Positions 1-9,791 of a stretch of DNA of 64,000 nucleotides are shown in pieces. The translations under genes and the position numbers were made by a program. The DNA is from Octopus sinensis (Eukaryota). The stretch covers positions 130,324,001 to 130,388,000 of the forward strand of contig NC_042997.1 in the NCBI RefSeq assembly GCF_006345805.1, in the 5' to 3' direction. Each line of letters begins with the position of its first letter. The first letter of the stretch is position 1. The notes under the pieces were generated by a model that saw only the letters and a list, made by a program, of their open reading frames with translations, had not been told where the DNA came from and did not search any database.

Positions 1-562
1 TGATGGACCAAAGAGCTGCATTGTACTCCAGTGTTTGTTAGATTTGCTAGAGAATATTAACTTGTTAACAACAAAGCCAACAATATCTGGCCAAGATATT
101 CTACCCATTTTATGTTAAAACTGACCTGATCCAGACTCTCACACCTACCCTGCAATGTCATTCTAAAAATAAACAATCACATCATTGAAATCTTGAAGCT
201 ATGAGGGAATGTATAATTCATTCAAAACAATGTTAATAAATAAGCATCACATTTCACAGAATAATCTGAATGCTAGAGTACATTGATTTACTGTTGTTAA
301 TACCCTTTAAAATAACACAGTCTTTCAGTGATTGAATACAGTAAGAGTTTACAAGAGTTCAGTACACAACTCTGGGGAATAGTAATGAGAATAGCAATAG
401 TTTAGCTCTTAATGCTACTAAATTGGACTATATTATCGATTAGGAATTGAAATTGTGATGATTTTTGGTTGATAGCTGATGAGAAGTTGAGCATGTTTTG
501 TCCATTGTGTATGTTTACTTTTTTGCATATGTTCCTTTTTTATTCTCTTGTGCCACATTATA

Positions 563-603
<41 letters not shown>

Positions 604-873
604 CACACACACATATATATATACACACAACGACCTCGAACCCACAAGAGTAAACGAGAGACAGAGAAAGGCAGAAACAAGGAAAATGCCACTTATATTT
701 GAACACTATACAAATATTCTTTTAAAAAAACTTTTCTTTTAATTTTTCTAAATTTAATTATTCAATTGTTACAGTTGAAAAGGTCTCAATGACTGAAACC
801 GGTACTGAAATGTTCTTTATAAAATTATTTTAGCATTTTCTATCCTGGTTTGTTTTTTCATATATATATATAT

Positions 874-1151
874 TGTGGTGTCGGTGGAGAGGATGACAGT
901 TGGGGGAGGGCAGAAGTTGGGCTTGCAGGGCGCATGTGCGGTAGGAAGCGGAAGCGGCGAGGGACGACGCACGTGTGGCATCGACCAAGCAGGAGTTGCA
1001 GCTGAGACGAGGAAAGCACAAGACGTATCGAGCTGGCTGAGAGAGATCTGAACTTCGCGGAGTTTCGGTAGACTAATCTTTGCCGAGGTAAGGCCTACTT
1101 GTATTTCCATTCTCCTTTTTTCTGTTGTCCTCTTCCATCGTTCACACCACA
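874..1151 (+). repeat. 5' LTR
   Basis: TG...CA ends with an 8-bp terminal inverted repeat; about 13 mismatches versus the 3' LTR by manual alignment. Confidence 0.95.
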
Positions 1152-1191
1152 AGCTATTTCGGCATATAAACAATCGGTTTTATAAATAAAA

Positions 1192-1995
1192 ATGATGAAG
1201 AGTGCCCATGTTTCGCACGAACTTATAACACCGTTTAGCGGCGACACAGATGTAGTCGCTTGGTTGAAGAAAGTGAAGTTGGTGGCGAAGCTCCATGGTA
1301 TAGGTGACCTGGCGAGCTTCATGCCGCTGTACTTGGATGGTCCGGCTTTGGCGTTGTATCTAGAGATGGAAGAGACAGACCAACTTAACGCGGAGAAAGT
1401 GGAAGTCCGGTTGATGGAGGCCTTTGCGGAGGGAATGTTCGAGGCATACGCTCGCCTGGGTAGAATGAGATGGACTGGGCAACAGGTGGACGTGTTTGCC
1501 AATGAACTTAGAAGACTGGCTAAACTGGCGTGTTACGAGGGAGAGTCGCTGGACCGGATGGTTAGGTTGGCGTTCGTGACTGGCTTTCCCGACAACATGT
1601 CGGTCGAGTTACAGAAACTTCCGAATGTGAATTCGATGCCGATGGCGGACATCATATCTCGGGCACGCATACTAGTTTCGTGCAGCAGGATGACGTCGGT
1701 AGCAGTGACTGCAACGTCGAAAAGTGGCCCAGCTAGGAGCAGCGGAGAGGGGCTAAAGAAAGAACATGTGCGCCCGTTCAAAGGACAGTGTTTCCGGTGC
1801 CAAGGTCCACACATGGTGCGTGACTGCGTGTCACCCAAGCCTGAGGTGATTTGCCACCGGTGTCGAGAGCCGGGGCATATAGCCAGCGAGTGTCTGTGGG
1901 GAAACGGACTGCGGGAGACTACTGCGCCGGTAGTTGTCCCTTTGGATCTGTCGGGGCGCGTTTATCATCGCTACCTGTGGTCGACATTCTGGTGA
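1192..1995 (+). CDS. gag: Retrotransposon Gag with two zinc knuckles
   Basis: 267-aa ORF containing CFRCQGPHMVRDC and CHRCREPGHIASEC CCHC-type knuckles. Confidence 0.9.
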   Translation: MMKSAHVSHELITPFSGDTDVVAWLKKVKLVAKLHGIGDLASFMPLYLDGPALALYLEMEETDQLNAEKVEVRLMEAFAEGMFEAYARLGRMRWTGQQVDVFANELRRLAKLACYEGESLDRMVRLAFVTGFPDNMSVELQKLPNVNSMPMADIISRARILVSCSRMTSVAVTATSKSGPARSSGEGLKKEHVRPFKGQCFRCQGPHMVRDCVSPKPEVICHRCREPGHIASECLWGNGLRETTAPVVVPLDLSGRVYHRYLWSTFW

Positions 1996-4460
1996 AGGGG
2001 AAGATGTCGCGAGCCCTTGTGGACATGGGCTGTACAACGACCCTGATGACTACAGAAGTGGCAGAGACGTGGAGTGGAGGAAGCAGTGTTAGGGCTGTCG
2101 ACGGAAGAGAAGTACACTGCGAAGGGGTTACAGATGCACAGATTGTAGTGCAGGGACTACAGCTGACGTTGCGAGTGATTGTGGTTGGTCACTTGGTGGA
2201 CGAGATTGACGTGGTGATGGGGATGGATGCAATCACCCGCTTGGGAGGTGTCACCGTTAACGAGGCTGGTGTAACGTTTGGGTTAGCGGGGAAACCATGT
2301 AGGGCGAGACCATGCACCGGCGACAACCATGAGGAAAAGGATGCTGCACACACCATTGAAGACCAGGATTTTCGGGCTGTCTTTGATGGCAAGAGGTGGA
2401 CAGTGGAGTGGCACTGGAAGGGAGAGCCCCCGATGTTAAAGAATAAAGTGGGCTGCTATCAGCATACTCTAAAAGGAGATGTCAGAAGTGAGTTCGAGGG
2501 GGAGGTGGAGCGGTGGATTAAGGAGGGCATATTGATCACTTGGGAAAAAGAAGAGAGCGGAGTCCTGCCACTGATGGCGGTGATACAGCCCACAAAGCAT
2601 AAGGTGGACAAAACCGTGATACCAGCAATGGAGGTCATAGGCCACCTGAAGAGTTTTGGACTGATCGCCAAGCCGCCAGAGGCAATGGAGGGAGGTGCTG
2701 CACTGGGCCTCAAGCTATGGAGAGACAAGGCCGGCGCGTTGGTGTTCCGGCGAGGGAATGAGGTCCCTGAACTGGGCGCCAGCATGAATAGACGGGAACT
2801 GTTCTCTGTGTGTGGGAAGCTGGTGGGACATTACCCGATTGGAGGTTGGCTCCGAACAGCATGTAGCTTCATCAAGAGACGAGCCGAAGGAGTGAAGTGG
2901 AATGATAGAGTGGGGGAGAGGATGATCGACATGATGCAAGAAGTCTTGGTCAGAGTAGGAACAGAGGACCCAGTGAGGGGCAGCTGGTATGTTCCCAAAT
3001 CAAAGAGCGGGATCGTATGGTGTGACGCCAGTAGCATTGCAATAGGGGTTGTCTTAGAAGTGGGAGGTGTCATGGTGGAAGATGCAGCCTGGCTCAGGAA
3101 GACGGATGACTGCAATCATATCAACGTGGCAGAGTTGGATGCCGTGTTGAAGGGGGTGAACCTAGCCTTGAAGTGGGGGTTGCACACCATAGAAATCAGG
3201 ACTGATTTGGCCACTGTACTTGGTTGGGCGACAGCATTCATCACCGATGAGCGGAGGGTGCGGACCAAAGGGGCTGCAGAGATGCTGGTAAAGCGTCGAT
3301 TGGGAATACTGCGTGAACTAACCACTGAGTTCAATCTGAAGCTGAGCGTGATCTTTGTGCCTTCCGAGAAGAACAGGGCAGACGTCCTGACCAGGGTAAA
3401 GCGAGCCTGGTTGCAGGTGCCAGAGGATGTGAAGCAGGCTGTAGCTGCAGTATGCCGTCTGAGCGACTCGGAGTTGCGGAGACTGCACACCATGCATCAC
3501 ATGGGTGTGGACAGGACATTGTTCCTAGCCAGAAAAGTTGACTCCGACGTAACAAGACAGAGCGTGCAGAGAGTGGTTAGCAGTTGTGACAGGTGCCAGT
3601 CCATCGATCCTGCTCCAGTCGTACATGAAGCGGGAAGTATTCCAGTGGACCAGGACTGGAAACGACTGGCGGTGGACATAACACACTACCGGCAGGGGAC
3701 ATACCTCTCAATGGTTGACTGCGGACCGGGGCGGTTGGCCATATGGAGGGAGATGAAGACGGGGACCGCAGAAGAAATTGTGAAAGTGTTGAATGAGATA
3801 TTCCTGGAACGAGGCCCCGTGGATGAACTGCTTCTGGACAATGGCACTGCATTTCACTCGGATGTGCTGAAAGAAATGCTTGATGAGTGGAAGGTCAACC
3901 GCTTCTTCAGGGCGGCATACCGGCCAAGTGGAAATGGGGTGGTGGAAAGGCATCATCGTACCATCAAGGCCAAGGCAGAGAGGGGTCACATTTCACCAAT
4001 CGAGGCCGTGTTTTGGTACAATATGTCGCCCAGATCAGGACAGGCTGAGGAGTCGGTGCCACACAGGGCAATATTCAGGTACGAGTGGAGGCATCCATGT
4101 ACTACATCAATGCGATCCGGGGCAGAGGAAGAGCACGCCTTCGTGCAGGTCGGGGAGGAAATCTGGGTAAAACCCTCAAATGCACGGTGTACATCACAAT
4201 GGGGAAAGGGGACAATAACATCTGTAAATTCAAAGAATAACATCTCGGTCGATGGTATGCCACGCCACGTTTTGGATATACGGAGGGTTGTCCATGCCTC
4301 AGAGGATGGGACCAGCAGCAGTGGGCAAGATGAAAACAACACCAGTAGACAGGATGATGAGGCCAGCAGCAACATACCAGGAACAAGTTCTAGGGTTGCA
4401 CCGCGACCACAGAGGGAACGGCACCCTCCTCTCTGGTTGGCTGATTATGAAACCAGTTAA
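1851..4460 (+). CDS. pol: Retrotransposon Pol (aspartic protease, RT remnant, RNase H, integrase), probably expressed by -1 frameshift from gag
   Basis: Open frame at -1 relative to gag. PR motif ALVDMG; RNase H WCDAS..AELDA..IRTD; IN HHCC (HTMHH..CDRC) and D-D-E (LAVD, LLLDNG, NGVVER). No YxDD motif anywhere. Confidence 0.9.
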   Translation: MPPVSRAGAYSQRVSVGKRTAGDYCAGSCPFGSVGARLSSLPVVDILVKGKMSRALVDMGCTTTLMTTEVAETWSGGSSVRAVDGREVHCEGVTDAQIVVQGLQLTLRVIVVGHLVDEIDVVMGMDAITRLGGVTVNEAGVTFGLAGKPCRARPCTGDNHEEKDAAHTIEDQDFRAVFDGKRWTVEWHWKGEPPMLKNKVGCYQHTLKGDVRSEFEGEVERWIKEGILITWEKEESGVLPLMAVIQPTKHKVDKTVIPAMEVIGHLKSFGLIAKPPEAMEGGAALGLKLWRDKAGALVFRRGNEVPELGASMNRRELFSVCGKLVGHYPIGGWLRTACSFIKRRAEGVKWNDRVGERMIDMMQEVLVRVGTEDPVRGSWYVPKSKSGIVWCDASSIAIGVVLEVGGVMVEDAAWLRKTDDCNHINVAELDAVLKGVNLALKWGLHTIEIRTDLATVLGWATAFITDERRVRTKGAAEMLVKRRLGILRELTTEFNLKLSVIFVPSEKNRADVLTRVKRAWLQVPEDVKQAVAAVCRLSDSELRRLHTMHHMGVDRTLFLARKVDSDVTRQSVQRVVSSCDRCQSIDPAPVVHEAGSIPVDQDWKRLAVDITHYRQGTYLSMVDCGPGRLAIWREMKTGTAEEIVKVLNEIFLERGPVDELLLDNGTAFHSDVLKEMLDEWKVNRFFRAAYRPSGNGVVERHHRTIKAKAERGHISPIEAVFWYNMSPRSGQAEESVPHRAIFRYEWRHPCTTSMRSGAEEEHAFVQVGEEIWVKPSNARCTSQWGKGTITSVNSKNNISVDGMPRHVLDIRRVVHASEDGTSSSGQDENNTSRQDDEASSNIPGTSSRVAPRPQRERHPPLWLADYETS
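1899..1942 (+). promoter_or_regulatory. -1 programmed ribosomal frameshift signal
   Basis: G GGA AAC heptamer in the gag frame at 1899-1905, 7-nt spacer, then hairpin GGGAGACTAC...GTAGTTGTCCC; lies in the gag/pol overlap. Confidence 0.75.
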
Positions 4461-4520
4461 GGTGCGGGAGCAGAGAGCAAGTGAGAAAGCCGGTTCAGTG
4501 ATCTGTAGATCAGGGGGGCG

Positions 4521-4798
4521 TGTGGTGTCGGTGGAGAGGATGACAGATGGGGGAGGGCGGAAGTAGGGCTTGCAGGGCGCATGCGCGGTAGGAAGCGGAA
4601 GCGGCGAGGGACAACGCACGTGTGGCATCGACCAAGCAGGAGTTGCAGCTGAGACGAGGAAGGCACAAGACGTATCAAGCTGGCTGAGAGAGATCTGAAC
4701 TTCGCTGCGTTTCGGTAGACTAATCTTTGCCGAGATAAGGCCTAATTGTATTTCCATTCTCCTTTTTTCTGTTGTCCTCTTTCATCATTCACACCACA
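4521..4798 (+). repeat. 3' LTR
   Basis: Direct repeat of 874-1151, preceded by a polypurine tract at 4512-4520. Confidence 0.95.
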
Positions 4799-4867
4799 TA
4801 TATATATATATAAATTATAACTGTAAAACTGTCATCTATGTTTGACTTTTATGTGTCTCCTTATCAG

Positions 4868-5113
4868 CTTGCTGAACAACAAGGGATTGATGTTGATACA
4901 ATGGTGATAGCACTTGAGAACGTAGATGAATCAGTTACTCCAATGGAATGGATCCAGACCCAGTGGCCAGATTATATCACAACTGCTACAGTCTTGATTG
5001 TTAACCGAATTGGAGTCCAGTTTCATAAAGAAGACGTAACCTGTGCCTTGAAGAAGCATAAAGGCAATGTAGAAAAAGCTGTCGAAGAATGTACTCATTC
5101 TTATCAAAAAAAG
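4868..5113 (+). CDS. RNF31: RNF31/HOIP coding exon (UBA-like region)
   Basis: ttatcAG acceptor and AAG|GTaact donor; 246 nt, phase 0/0; LAEQQG...ALKKHKGNVEKAVEEC is UBA-like and in frame with the downstream exons. Confidence 0.85.
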
Positions 5114-5175
5114 GTAACTTCACTAAAATGTTTTCTTCATGTGGTATAACATAATTGACAATTCATTCAATCAAA

Positions 5176-5712
5176 TTCGATGACTGGCATCTGTGTTAGC
5201 GGGGTGCAAAGGGCGCCATACGAGTGTGATTGTTGACAGAGCGGCTAACCGACTTCCGTGCCAGTGGCACATAAAAGGCACCATTCGAGTGTGATCATTA
5301 CCAGCGTCGCCTTACTGGCACTCGAACCCTGTGCTAGTAGGGTGCTAAGAGCACCATCTGAGCGTGATCGTTGCCAGAGCAGCTAACTGGCTTCCGTGCC
5401 GGTGGCACATAAAAGGCGCCTTTCGAGTGTGATCGTTACCAGCATCGCCTCACTGGCACCTGTGCCGGTGGCATGTGTAAAAAGATTTGAGCGAGGTCAT
5501 TGCCAGTACCGCCTGACTGCCCCCCGTGCCGGTGGCACGTAAAAGCACCCACTACACTTTTGGAGTGGTTGGCGTTAGGAAGGGCACCAGCTGTAGAAAC
5601 TCTGCCAGATCAAGATTGGAGCCTGGTGCAGTCATCTGGTTTGCCAGCCCTCAGTCAAATCGTCCAACCCATGCTGTCATAGAAAGCGGATGTTAAACGA
5701 TGATGATGATGA
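5176..5712 (+). repeat. RTE LINE 3'-UTR fragment with internal ~60-65 bp tandem units and (GAT)n tail
   Basis: Repeated GCC(G/A)GTGGCAC(A/G)TAAAAG(G)CACC units; the end GGCGTTAGGAAGGGCA...CCAACCCATGC...(GAT)n matches the 3' end of the RTE at 23450-23900. Confidence 0.8.
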
Positions 5713-6548
5713 TATTACACAACACTGTTATGTACCTAGAATTTATTGTAGACAGCATTGTTATGCAACCAACAATTCAGTTATGTTACATAACCTTATA
5801 ATGCAATCCACAACCTGTTCATGTTGCACAATATTGTTATACAACTAACAATCCATTTTTGTTGCACAACATTGTCACATGCATAATCATACTTCCTATT
5901 CCTACTCTAATATTCTTATGATGTCTTGCACTTTTTAACTCAAGCAAGCACAAACTGCTGCTACATTAGTAAAACTAGCCATATCCTTAAATAATATTAC
6001 ATATATTTTATCAACTGTAGTTATGTCTGTTACTAAGTGGTGTATCTAGCAGTAAGTGATTGTGTCTAACACTGATTGACTGACATGTCAGGCAGTTATG
6101 CCCGCTACTCATGGCTTTGTTTGTTAAATGCTAATACCACGTAATTGTATCTATGTTCTTGTTCTGTCACTGGGTGACTGTGTGTGTTACTGGATGACTT
6201 CTGTCACTGGGTCTCAGTGTCTTATTGCGTGACTGTTTATTGGTGGATGACTGTCTGTTACTGCGTGACTATGCCAACAACAGACTGTGACAATAGGTTA
6301 CTGTGTCTGATGATAGCTGACTGTCTGTGGTCAATGGTATTTGCCAGCAGGTGATTGTCTGTCTGTCTTTGTGGCACAATGTTTGTCTCTGGGTTACTAT
6401 CAGTGAGTGACTGAGTGACTCACTAGTTGATTGTGTCTGTCATAGAATGATAATTCTTGTACCTGTTATAGTTATTGAAACTATGTCTTGGGAGTATACT
6501 AATTTTTTAAAAATTTTATTCACTTATATGTATTTTTTGTTTTTTCAG

Positions 6549-6764
6549 CTTAGAAAGTCGCAAGAATTTGGCAATTTCTCTGAAGAAGATTTCAAACAAG
6601 CTTTTCAGAAACATAGTGGAGATGTTGATCTAATACTCCAAGAGTTATTTACACCTAGTTTAGATGAATATGAGAAAAGAATTTGGGCTATAAATGAGCC
6701 TCTCAATCGTTCGTTATCAGCTGACTTAATTAACCTTTTAAAAGACAATCAAGTAGATGTCCAA
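6549..6764 (+). CDS. RNF31: RNF31/HOIP coding exon (UBA-like region)
   Basis: tttttcAG / CAA|GTaagt; 216 nt; FSEEDFKQAFQKHSGDVDLILQEL. Confidence 0.85.
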
Positions 6765-6894
6765 GTAAGTTCTGCAACAATTCCATCAATTACTTATTTC
6801 GTCTAGATATCCATTTTTAACAGAAGATTACATTACATTATTAATCTAATTATATTGTAGCCTTTTCTGACTTTACATGATGTAGTGGTAATAC

Positions 6895-7120
6895 CTATTT
6901 CTTTACTACCCACAAGGGGCTAAACACAGAGAAGACAAACAAGGACAGACAAACAGATTAAGTCAATTATATCGACCCCAGTGCATAACTGGTACTTATT
7001 TAATCGACCCTGAAAGAATGAAAAACAAAGTCGACCTTTTGAACTCAGAACGTAGCGGCAGACGAAATACCGCTAAGCATTTTGCCTGGTGTGCTAATGT
7101 TTCTGCCAGCTCACTACCTT
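6895..7120 (-). repeat. tRNA-derived SINE family B (Meta-domain-like CTTTCATCCTTTCGGGGTCGATAAA..GTACCAG); other copies at 16121-16348(-), 27180-27430(-), 28210-28395(+), 50003-50175(+)
   Basis: Multiple homologous ~230-bp copies in the window with a head containing a box-B-like GAGTTCAAATTC. Confidence 0.75.
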
Positions 7121-7860
7121 TGTGGTGGTGATACCACTGACTGGGGAGTGATGTTACTGATTTGGGTCAAAGTGTCATTGATTGGGTGGTGATGTCACTG
7201 AATAGGGTCAAGATGTCACTTAGTGTCTAAGGTAGGATAGGCACTCAGTAGAATCAGGATTTCATTGGAAGGAAGTGGGTGATGTCTCTTAGTGAGGTGA
7301 AGATGCTATTTAGTCTGAATTGTTGTTTCATTGTAGAATTCTCTGCAACTACTTTGGAAATTGTTTTATTTCCTCAACATCCCTTATTTTATTTGACTTT
7401 GAAAGAAGTACACTTGATTCTACTATTTCAAAGATTTACTATTCACCCCATCCCACACACATTAATGTATCCACTTTCTGTTATTTTCAACAGCATGTAG
7501 AATTGATATCAACTGGTATTTATAACTTCAAAGAACTGACAAAATTATTTTTAAAACTAGGTCATTGACAAGATTTGAGTGTATTTTCATTTAATAAACT
7601 AGTAAGGTAAAAGTGCATCAAGTATTGATTGATAAGGGTAGTTATAACATGTCAATTGAGTATCTATGTCTCCTCCAGGTTTAGTATATGTGGAAGTATG
7701 TAAGATATTTTCACTCATAGTATGTGTGTGTGTGTGTGTGTGCGTGTGTCTATATTTTACCAGGCACCGAAAGAGCATAAAATAAGAGCTGAAAAATGTC
7801 ATTTGCTACATATTCACCCTCTCATATTTTTATCAGTTTCATTATTTTATTTCTTTTCAG

Positions 7861-8076
7861 AGACGTGTTAGGGCAGCCTATTCTGAAATTGCATTCAAAG
7901 GTTGGCGCCGAGCTGAATATGTTGTAGGTATTATTGACAAAAGTCTCCAAACTCTTGAGAACTGTGATATTGCTGATATTGTTGAAATAGTGCAGAATAC
8001 AACTAGTATGGACCTTGCTTTGAAACAGTTGAGAATTGAATGCAAAATCTGCTTTAATTCTCACCCCCAAACCAAA
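7861..8076 (+). CDS. RNF31: RNF31/HOIP coding exon (pre-RING1 and start of RING1)
   Basis: ttttcAG / AAA|GTaagt; 216 nt; RRVRAAYSEIAFKGWRRAE...ECKICF resembles human HOIP RRLLAVYALPSWGRAE...ECAVC. Confidence 0.92.
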
Positions 8077-9406
8077 GTAAGTATCACACACACACACAGA
8101 ATCCACTGTAAAAAACACTACACATTACAACCATATTAGAATATACCCTACAAACTACTACACTGCACTCACTACAAACCACACAACACACTATAATCTA
8201 CAGAGTGCACTGCAAACAGCACAATACACTCCTCAAACAACATAATACAAACTACAAAAAACACAACACACCACCTGCTACAACCTATAGAGTACAATAT
8301 ATACTAACCCATGCTTTCTTAAGATTCTCCATCTTTATTATTTGATGGATATTTTACCTTAATTTCTGGACCATTTGATTGCTAGAGATCTCAGCTTTGA
8401 TTGTAGATGGGACAAGTAAATGTTTGGTTGGAGAAGCCACGTGTAACTATGTTTGTTTGCTTCTTTTCTCACTTCTCTGAATAGTACTGAGTGTGTTTCT
8501 CCTATATATCTTCAGTCCCTGTTTGGCAGTGACTCTGTTAAAGGGAAGATCAATTAGCAATATCTTCCAGTCTTGAAAGACTGATTCTACATCTTTTCAA
8601 AGTGATCTTCAGTTAATCTTTGAACTGCTTTTTTGGTTCTTCAGCCTAGTGTTGCCCATCATGTACTTGCAGGAGATCCTGATGTGAATTACGTATCTGA
8701 GTCATCTTAGTTGATGCCTGTATCTTGTGGGTTCAATGCTGGCATTGGTATTGGCTCCATGAAGGATTTCTCTGTGCATAAACATATCTTGCTAGGTAAT
8801 TGAAAGGATCTTCTGGAAGCACTGGATGTTAAAGGTCTTCAGCATCTTCCTTTTAATTACATTTTGGTAGAATACATTTAGATATTTACCTGTATTGCAA
8901 TTATCAGCAGCAGTAATATAACAGTCACTAGCTCCCAACACAATATTCACCAAACCAACAACCACAAACAACATCACTGGAGGCTACCTGTGCATATATG
9001 ATCTATATTACTATACAACTTGTGACCGTTCTTCCTATAGAATTTTCTTATCCATGTTTCTACTTTACAGCAAGTCATCTATCCCTATCCACTTTTCATC
9101 CCTCTCAACTGGCACAAAGCCACCCCCATCAGTACTACTCCACACCCCCAGCTGAGGGTTTTTTTGTCTTGCAAGTTACTTGGTGACCCTGTCAGTGCTG
9201 GTCCCACATAAAAAGCACTGGTGCTAGTGCCATGTAAATATCACTCAGTACACACCGTAAAAGTGGTTGGCATTAGGAAGGGCATTCAACCAGAGAAACC
9301 ATGCCAAAACAGACTATGGAACCTGATGTGGCTCCTGGCCTTATCAGCTCCTGTCAAACTGTCCAACCCATGCCAGCATGGAAAACACACATTAAATGAC
9401 GATGAT

Positions 9407-9791
9407 AGGTGCAGGAGTGGCTGTGTGGTAAAAAGCTTGCTTCCCAACCACATGGCCCCGGGTTCAGTTCCACTGCATGGCACATTGGGCACATTGGGCA
9501 AATGTCTTCTACTATAGCCTCGGGCCAACCAAAACCTTCTGAGTGGATTTGATAGATGGAAACTGAAAGAATTCTGCTGTATATATATATATGTATTTGT
9601 TCCCCCAACTTTGCTTAAGAACCAATACTGATGTGTTTACATCCCCGTAACATAGCGGTTCAGCAAAAGAGACCGATAGAATAAGTACTAGGCTTACAAA
9701 GAATAAGTCCTGGAGTTGATTTGTTCGACTAAAGGTGATGCTCCAGCGTGGCTGCAATCAAATGACTGAAACAAGTAAAAGAATAAAAGAA
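9407..9791 (+). repeat. tRNA-derived SINE family A (CORE-like), following an RTE tail fragment at 9190-9405
   Basis: GGTGCAGGAGTGGCTGTGTGGTAA head, GGTTCAGT(T/C)CC box B, TTGGGCAA(A/G)TGTC central motif and (AAAAGA)n tail; homologous to 22664-23063. Confidence 0.8.

Larger units (their letters stand above)
874..4798 (+). mobile_element. Ty3/Gypsy-type LTR retrotransposon with two LTRs, non-autonomous (RT core deleted), in an RNF31 intron
   Basis: 278-bp direct repeats at 874-1151 and 4521-4798, each TGTGGTGT...ACACCACA. Purine tract AGGGGGGCG lies just before the 3' LTR. TATAT flanks both ends inside a (TA)n run. Internal order is gag then PR-(RT remnant)-RNaseH-IN. Confidence 0.95.

Noticed and set aside
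433-706. Short ORFs rich in YI/CV/HT dipeptides (also at 29137-29548, 43509-45563, 58109-58991 and 60683-61037)
   Set aside because: They are translations of (TA)n, (TG)n and (CA)n microsatellites.
817-1173. Paired antisense ORFs (817-1173 and 4299-4757)
   Set aside because: Their similarity reflects the LTR duplication; no recognisable domain.
5181-5560. Repeat-spacer pattern resembling a CRISPR array
   Set aside because: The context is eukaryotic, there are no cas genes, the spacers are partly homologous to each other, and the block is the 3' UTR of the RTE LINE.
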